DNA of 53,962 bases from the NCBI RefSeq assembly GCF_001194135.2, contig NC_068982.1:69568543-69622504 (forward strand), in the 5' to 3' direction. The notes beneath the pieces were generated by a model. The model was not told the origin of the DNA. It saw only the letters and a program-made list of their open reading frames with translations, and made no database searches. The DNA is from Octopus bimaculoides. Lineage: Eukaryota. Shown here piece by piece: positions 47,245 to 53,962 of the stretch. The translations under genes were made by a program, and so were the position numbers. Each line of letters starts with the position of its first letter. Positions within the stretch are counted from its first letter, which is position 1.

Positions 47245-48474
47245 ATATATATAAGATTAAATATATATATATCTGATATATATATAAGATTAAATATATA
47301 TATATGTGTGTGTGTGTGTATGTGTGTGTGTGTGTGACCTGTGTAGTACATATATATAAAGAGGGCAGATGAAAAGATTTAGCTATTTCTCCATAGATTG
47401 ATAAAAAACCTTAATTGATTTTCAAACCTTACTGGCTTCTCATAAGAGGTGTCTACATCAATTTGACCAATCGCAGAGAAAGAAGCAGCCAATCTGCTTA
47501 TATATATAATCAGCAATTCCAGTACCTACAGAGAACTGTTTCTACTAATTTGCATGCCATAAGTTTCAACACTTTAGTATCGGGGGAGGGGGGAGATCAC
47601 AATCCACACAGTATCAAGGTATGATATAATATAATATAACCTGTGTAGCAGATATATAACCAGGGCTGATTTGGCTATTTCTCTGTAGATTGAAAAAATG
47701 ATGAACAGCCTTAATCGATTTTGAAACCTTACTGGGTTCTCAGCAGATATACATATGTATATACATATTTGTATATCTGTAAGTCTGTCTGTCTGTCTAT
47801 GTATATACACACCTATCTTCTCTACTGGCTTGGATTGGACAGGTTGACAGAATCTGAGAGATCATCAGAATGTGTCACGCTCTCATGTCTGTTTTGGCAT
47901 ATAGATATGTATATGTGTATGTGGGTGTGTAAAATTAGGGCAGGTGGAAATGCCAGTCCTGGAAGATTATTCTAAATGCACAAAAGTATAGGTATGTCTT
48001 GAGACTGTAACCATATTCAAGTGGTATGTATCATGCACTCTGATTTGAGACACACCTGTTATTTTTCTTTTAATTTTTTGATTTATAATTTCTTAGATGT
48101 GACAGGAAGACATAAGGCACTTGACCAAGTTTTTTTCCTCTGTTAATCAACAGTATAGACAGGTTTGCTTGGGCATAAAGACTTCTACTATTTATGTATC
48201 AATCTTGTGGGATTGGGATTGTTGATCTTTCTTTTAATCTGCTAGACGACTTATTGTTGTGATTTTCCCATGGCTCCAACTCACATTTTTTAAAACACAG
48301 TATATGTCTCTCTATTCACCTAAGAGTCTACCGGTAATGATTTCTCTAGATCTAATATATCTACTAGTGATTTGCAGGTGGAAGCAGTGTTGTTGCACAT
48401 ATATGTGCCTGTTACGAGGCTCTCCTTGCTACAACAGAATCACCATACATACTGCATATATCTTTTATCTTTTA

Positions 48475-48865
48475 ATTGTTTCAGTCATTAGACTGTGGCC
48501 ATACTGGGGCATCATCTTGAAGAGGATTTAGTTGAATGGATTGACACCAGTACTTATATTTTAAAGCCTGGTACTTATTCTTTCAGTTTTTTTGTTGATC
48601 TGCTAAGTTACTGGGATGTAAACAAACCAACACTGGTTGTCAAGCAGTGATGGGGGATAAACATAGACACAACCACACACACATGCACACACAGACACAC
48701 ACATAGGACAGGCTTTTTTCAGTTTGTGTCAACCAAATCCACTCACTAAGCTTTGATCAGCCCAAGGCTATAGTAGAAGATACCTGCCCAAGGTGCCATG
48801 TAGTGGGACTGTACCTGGAACCATGTGGTTGGGAAGCAATCTTCTTACCACACAGCTATGCCTGT
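48475..48865 (-). mobile_element. SINE family A, full length (further minus-strand parts at about 11090-11250, 12050-12240, 16200-16480, 26840-26990, 40520-40640, 46480-46638, 48960-49200)
   Basis: Reverse complement of the family A head and 3' module. Confidence 0.8.
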
Positions 48866-49664
48866 ACCTGTATCATAATAATAAGAAAAAGAAATCATCA
48901 TCACTATTATCATCATTTAATGTCCTTTACCCAAACTGGCATGTATATATATCTATACACACACACACATTTACTTGCTTCAGTCATTTGACTGTGGCCT
49001 TGCTGGAGTATTACCTTGAAGGGCTTTTAAGTTAAACAAATCGACCCAAGGACATGTATTTTAAGCCTAGTACCTTTTTTATCGGTTTCTTTTGTTGAAC
49101 TGCCATTACGGAGACATAAACACACCAGCACCGGTTGTCAAGCGCTGATAGGGGGACAAACACAGACACAAACACATATATGCATACATACACACACACA
49201 CATATATATATACACACACACACATATATATATATATACACAACCACTTCTCTAACCTACTTCAATTGACATGTGAGCCATATGAAGTAGAAATTTGCAA
49301 ATCTGTGTATATTATATTTAGGAAGTATCGTGTGAATTTCTTACCAGGATGTTTCATCTCTTTATTGTTTAATATCCTTTATACACATATAGAAGTGAAT
49401 TGTTTTACACACTTCACCATAAGTATGTCATTTACAATTTCTGTTTTATGATATGAATATAAAATCAAATAAAAAAAAACTCTAGCACATCTAATTTCTT
49501 CGAAATTCATTTTCATGAAATTGTAAATAGCATATTGTGGTGAAGTGTCTAAAACAATTCATTTCTATATGTGTATAAAGATACTAACAATAAATGCATT
49601 GACCTCCTAGTAAGAAATTTTCACACCACATATTCAATATAGAATTTACATAGATTTGAAAATT

Positions 49665-49792
49665 GGTTCTAGGTTCAGTCCCAGTGCATGACGCATTGGG
49701 AATGTGTCTTCTACTATACTCTCAGGCAATCAAAGCTTTATGAGTGGATTTGGTAGATGGAAACTGAAAGAAACCTGTCATATATATATTTA

Positions 49793-49840
<48 letters not shown>

Positions 49841-50070
49841 TTTGTGTCTTTGTACCTGTGTTAGTCCCCCACCACTGCTTGACAACTGGTATTGGTTTGT
49901 TTATATCACTGTAACTTAGTGGTTTGGCATAATGAGACCAATATAATAAGTACCAGGATCAGAAAAAAAAATCAATTCCTGGGGTCGAATTATTTTACTA
50001 AAATTTCATCAAGATGGTGCCCCAGCATGGTCACAGTCTAATGACTGAAACAGATTAAAGATAGAAGATA
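49665..50070 (+). mobile_element. SINE family A, near full length
   Basis: ggttcagtccc...gtggatttggtagatggaaactgaaagaa...(TG)n...ccagcatggtcacagtctaatgactgaaac. Confidence 0.8.
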
Positions 50071-50273
50071 TGGTTTACATGTCAATTGAAGTCAGTTAGA
50101 GAAGGCAAATTTATCAGATTCAATTGGTCCATGATTTTTGGTGGAGCTTTTGATCTAATTAGGACAGAAATTGCAGTCAAAATTCGTGAGTAGCTAGTGA
50201 AAAACTATCTGGAGTGTTATATTACCTCAATTTACCAAAAGTTCACTTGTTGGGAAATCATGTAGATGCTTAA

Positions 50274-50487
50274 CCTTTTAACATTCTGATTTTTCTATCA
50301 AATGTAATGCTTAGTTAATCACATTCTTTTGAATTAATCATGCAGGATTTTGTAGTTTCGAGATTTTGATGTGATCATTTTTCAGAATGACATTGTAGGG
50401 TAGGCACGAGAGGCCAGATCTGGTCAGTTTGAACATAAAACAGGTAGGATAGTTTAGCTGTACATGGCCAGTTTCAGTGCTTAAGGG
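50274..50487. mobile_element. piggyBac-like MITE with TTAA target duplication (older copy at about 28991-29190)
   Basis: TTAA|ccttttaacatt ... gtgcttaaggg|TTAA. The internal sequence (aaatgtaatgctt...gaattaatcatgca...gagattt) is shared with 28991-29190. Confidence 0.75.
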
Positions 50488-50671
50488 TTAATTAAGTGGT
50501 CATTTAGCTGTTCTCTGAAACAACCAAGAAACCACTGCATATGTTTTCCTACCTCCAAACAGAGGTCATGAACTTTTGGTGGTACATATTTTAGCTGTTG
50601 ACTATGAGTTTGATATCAATGAATATATCATTCGATCAATTTATAAAGTGTGGAGATGAGTCATTTCTCAC

Positions 50672-50910
50672 TATTCTTTTATTCTTTTACTTGTTTCAGT
50701 CATTTGACTGTGGCCATGCTGGAGCACCACCTTGAAGGGTTTTCGTGAAACAAATTGATCCCATGACTTATTTTTTCTAAGCCGAGTACTTATTCTATTG
50801 GTCTCTTTTGCCGAACTGCTAAGTTATGGAGATGTAAACACACCAATGCTGGTTGTCAAGCAGTGAAAGAAGGGACAAACACAGACTCAAAGACACACAC
50901 ACACAGATAT

Positions 50911-50963
<53 letters not shown>

Positions 50964-51084
50964 ACTGGCTTCTTTCAGTTTCCATCTACCAAATCCACTC
51001 ACAAGTGTTTGGTCAGCCCACACCTATTGTAGGAGACACTTGCCCATGGTCCTGCACAGTGAGACTGAATCTGAAACCCCCATG
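50672..51084 (-). mobile_element. SINE family A, near full length
   Basis: cttttacttgtttcagtcatttgactgtggccatgctgg...(TA)n...tttcagtttccatctaccaaatccactc. Confidence 0.8.
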
Positions 51085-51089
51085 ATAAA

Positions 51090-51885
51090 CAAGGATAGTT
51101 GTATTTTCTTCTATTATGCTTCAAACTCCTCCAACCACCAACAATTATTCAACTATATTTCTTTCTGTACCTCTTTGAAATCATAATTCTTGGCAACTTT
51201 GATGCTCACAATTACTTTCTTGGTCTTGCACTCATTCTACATTGGTGCCATTTCCCCAGAAATCATATCTTTTGCAATCCTCAATTCTATACAATAAACG
51301 ACCTTGATTACTAACTCAGATACTCCAAACTCTTTTGATCTCTTTCTCACCTCCCACCAACTCATCACTACCCTTGCACTGATCAATCAATCGCTCTTTT
51401 TTTTTCTCAACTACCAATCACACAACCATATACTATATGAGATTTTCATCTCATAAACCCTAGTTGACTAGCTGGAGCACCACCTATGACACAACAGCAT
51501 AGCTAAGGTGGGCATAGGGTTAGTTTTGTATGGAGGTGGCACTTTTGAGTCTGCAGTGTAAGACTGTGTATGCTGTGTGTACACTCAAAGGCTGCCTGTG
51601 CAGCACACACTCTCGCAATGCTACTGCCATGACAGTATATGTTCTTCACCACTGACCATCAGAGACAGCCAGGCAAGTGACTGAAATCATCCTGTTAGAC
51701 ACATACATCTCCATGCACCACACGCAACCAAAGCTCTCTACTCCTCTCATCACTCATATTTAATCTCTCCCTCATCAAGACATTCAGTCTTTACTTTCCT
51801 TGCCCATGTTTTCCCTGCTTGCTTCAACTTGAAACTATTCAAAAGCAACATTAATTTCGTCGATCTTATCAGTCTTTGAAGACCT
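51090..51885 (+). mobile_element. CR1/L2-group LINE remnant: APE endonuclease piece plus 3' end
   Basis: EIIILGNFDAH (GDFN motif) and a DLFLTS-like segment; then a C-terminal CFNLKLFKSNINFVDL*. Confidence 0.6.
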
Positions 51886-51899
51886 GCCACGACAATGGG

Positions 51900-52150
51900 C
51901 TTATCTCTTCATCCATGCCAAAAAAGAGAACAAGAAAAAAAACCCAATGTGTATTCCTGGTTTCATGAAAAATCTTACAAATGAATGATGTAAATTAAAA
52001 TTTAAATTTCAGATAGACAATGAGCTTGTCCCTTCATCCAAAGCAAAAGAAAAAAGAAAAAAGATAATTAAATATGTATTCTTGGTTTCATGAAAACTCT
52101 TACAAATGAAATATGTAAATTAAAATTTAAATTTCAGATTGTTCAATGGA
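51900..52150. repeat. Tandem duplication, about 125-bp unit x2
   Basis: Shared tgtattc.tggtttcatgaaaa.tcttacaaatgaa..atgtaaattaaaatttaaatttcagat. Confidence 0.85.
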
Positions 52151-53311
52151 ACACTTTCAGATTTTTGATAAATTATTATTTTCCTCAATTGAGAACAATA
52201 AAATAAAGTGCTAGATCTAAAAGCAAAATGTGGTGTTGAATCAAACTCTTCAAAGACAGTCGGGTATTACCACAGTCGAACAATTGAAACAAGTAAAAGT
52301 ACTGGCTCTAGAATGAAATTTGCTTAGGGGCTGCAAACCCAGGTCCAAATGTTTTTACAAGCAAGGTCTTATTGTTATTCAAAATTTATTTCGGTTTTGT
52401 TTATTGAGAAGAAAGCTAATTTCAAGGGGGGGGGGGGGNNNNNNNNNNNNNNNNNNNNNNNNNNNNNNNNNNNNNNNNNNNNNNNNNNNNNNNNNNNNNN
52501 NNNNNNNNNNNNNNNNNNNNNNNNNNNNNNNNNNNNNNNNNNNNNNNNNNNNNNNNNNNNNNNNNNNNNNNNNNNNNNNNNNNNNNNNNNNNNNNNNNNN
52601 NNNNNNNNNNNNNNNNNNNNNNNNNNNNNNNNNNNNNNNNNNNNNNNNNNNNNNNNNNNNNNNNNNNNNNNNNNNNNNNNNNNNNNNNNNNNNNNNNNNN
52701 NNNNNNNNNNNNNNNNNNNNNNNNNNNNNNNNNNNNNNNNNNNNNNNNNNNNNNNNNNNNNNNNNNNNNNNNNNNNNNNNNNNNNNNNNNNNNNNNNNNN
52801 NNNNNNNNNNNNNNNNNNNNNNNNNNNNNNNNNNNNNNNNNNNNNNNNNNNNNNNNNNNNNNNNNNNNNNNNNNNNNNNNNNNNNNNNNNNNNNNNNNNN
52901 NNNNNNNNNNNNNNNNNNNNNNNNNNNNNNNNNNNNNNNNNNNNNNNNNNNNNNNNNNNNNNNNNNNNNNNNNNNNNNNNNNNNNNNNNNNNNNNNNNNN
53001 NNNNNNNNNNNNNNNNNNNNNNNNNNNNNNNNNNNNNNNNNNNNNNNNNTATATATTTAGGTGCGCTTGCACCCCTTCTTCCTAGGTCCATGAGTAAAAG
53101 ACATATAAAATATTTTCACATAAAAGACGTTACATTTTCCCGGAGTTTTAGACAAAATGTGGGAATGACACAAATGTAACAAAGCAAACAAATAAAATTC
53201 AGTTTTCTTGACAGGTTTTGTAAGACGATCAGTGTTTTTTTATTATTTTTCAATCATGACTATTTTTAAGAAACGAGAAGTACAAGCACATGAATAATTG
53301 AATGAGCATTG

Positions 53312-53382
53312 GGCATAACTACAGGGTTTTATCCCCCAGACTTTGCTCAAAATTCTGGGGGGTAAAACCCTGTAGTTATGCC
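53312..53382. mobile_element. 71-bp MITE, 29-bp TIRs, perfect 8-bp TSD
   Basis: Arms 53312-53340 and 53354-53382 match 28/29; GAGCATTG on both sides (53304-53311, 53383-53390). Confidence 0.9.
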
Positions 53383-53962
53383 GAGCATTGTACCATAACA
53401 TCATTGCAGACATACATTCACAAAAACATGTGCCTGAACAAATATACCGTGACTAAACACTATGTAATTTAAAGAAAGAAAAATAACAAATCTATGTTTT
53501 CAGTATGGTAACAAAATTTTCCAAGTTATGCTCTACTAAGTGCGACTGAAGATTTTCTGTTTAGTATATTGCCTGGTTTAACCTGGATATTTTCCAATCA
53601 TTTTGTCTGATTATCTTGATGTGTCTTTCTCATGGTAACTTATTTCATGTAAATTATGTATGCCAAACACACGTGTTTTAGGATGTGATCAATACTGCTG
53701 TATGGAAGTGATATATCAAGTTCAAATAACATACCTTCTGTCTCTCACTCTCTTACAGGCACACATATGTACACGTGCATACACACCCATATGAACTCTC
53801 TATGTACTCTATTCCTCACCATACACTGCACACACATAAATCAATCAAACATTTAGAAAAGTGACTGAGTGACTGTGAGTTTCGTATTATCAATCTCTCT
53901 CTCTCTTTCCATGTCTGTCTGTCTTTCTTTCTCTCTCTCTCTCTCTCTCTCTCTGTATATAT

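Noticed and set aside
1-53962. CRISPR arrays, rRNA, intact tRNA or prokaryotic-type systems
   Set aside because: No regularly spaced repeat-spacer arrays or such genes; the sequence is eukaryotic and intron-containing.

Overview
AT-rich, microsatellite- and transposon-dense animal genomic DNA from a gapped draft scaffold. N-gaps: 1653-1965, 2815-2914, 6531-6584, 19813-20774, 35613-35622, 45255-45565, 46659-47018, 52439-53050. The repeat repertoire (tRNA-derived SINEs with internal microsatellites, RTE-type (GAT)n tails) suggests an octopod cephalopod; this is inference, not a database hit. I can support one intact protein-coding gene: a two-exon Bcl-2-family gene (Mcl-1/NR-13-like; CDS 21232-21780 + 28272-28379, 218 aa) with a double-CCAAT/TATA promoter and a C-terminal TM anchor. 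The rest is mostly decayed mobile DNA: an Academ-type transposase, a Buster/Charlie hAT nested in a SINE, two mariner elements (one a 5'-end foldback), CR1/L2-group, RTE and HERO/R2-group LINE fragments, Penelope-like ends with degenerate hammerhead motifs, two SINE families and several MITEs. The most unusual unexplained signal is a set of short hairpin/TIR elements with unrelated arms that all carry TTAGGG telomeric repeats, mostly in CpG-retaining zones. A cluster of five hairpins lies in the Bcl-2-family intron. Repeat boundaries are approximate (tens of bp) unless defined by TIR/TSD; all identities were judged by eye.
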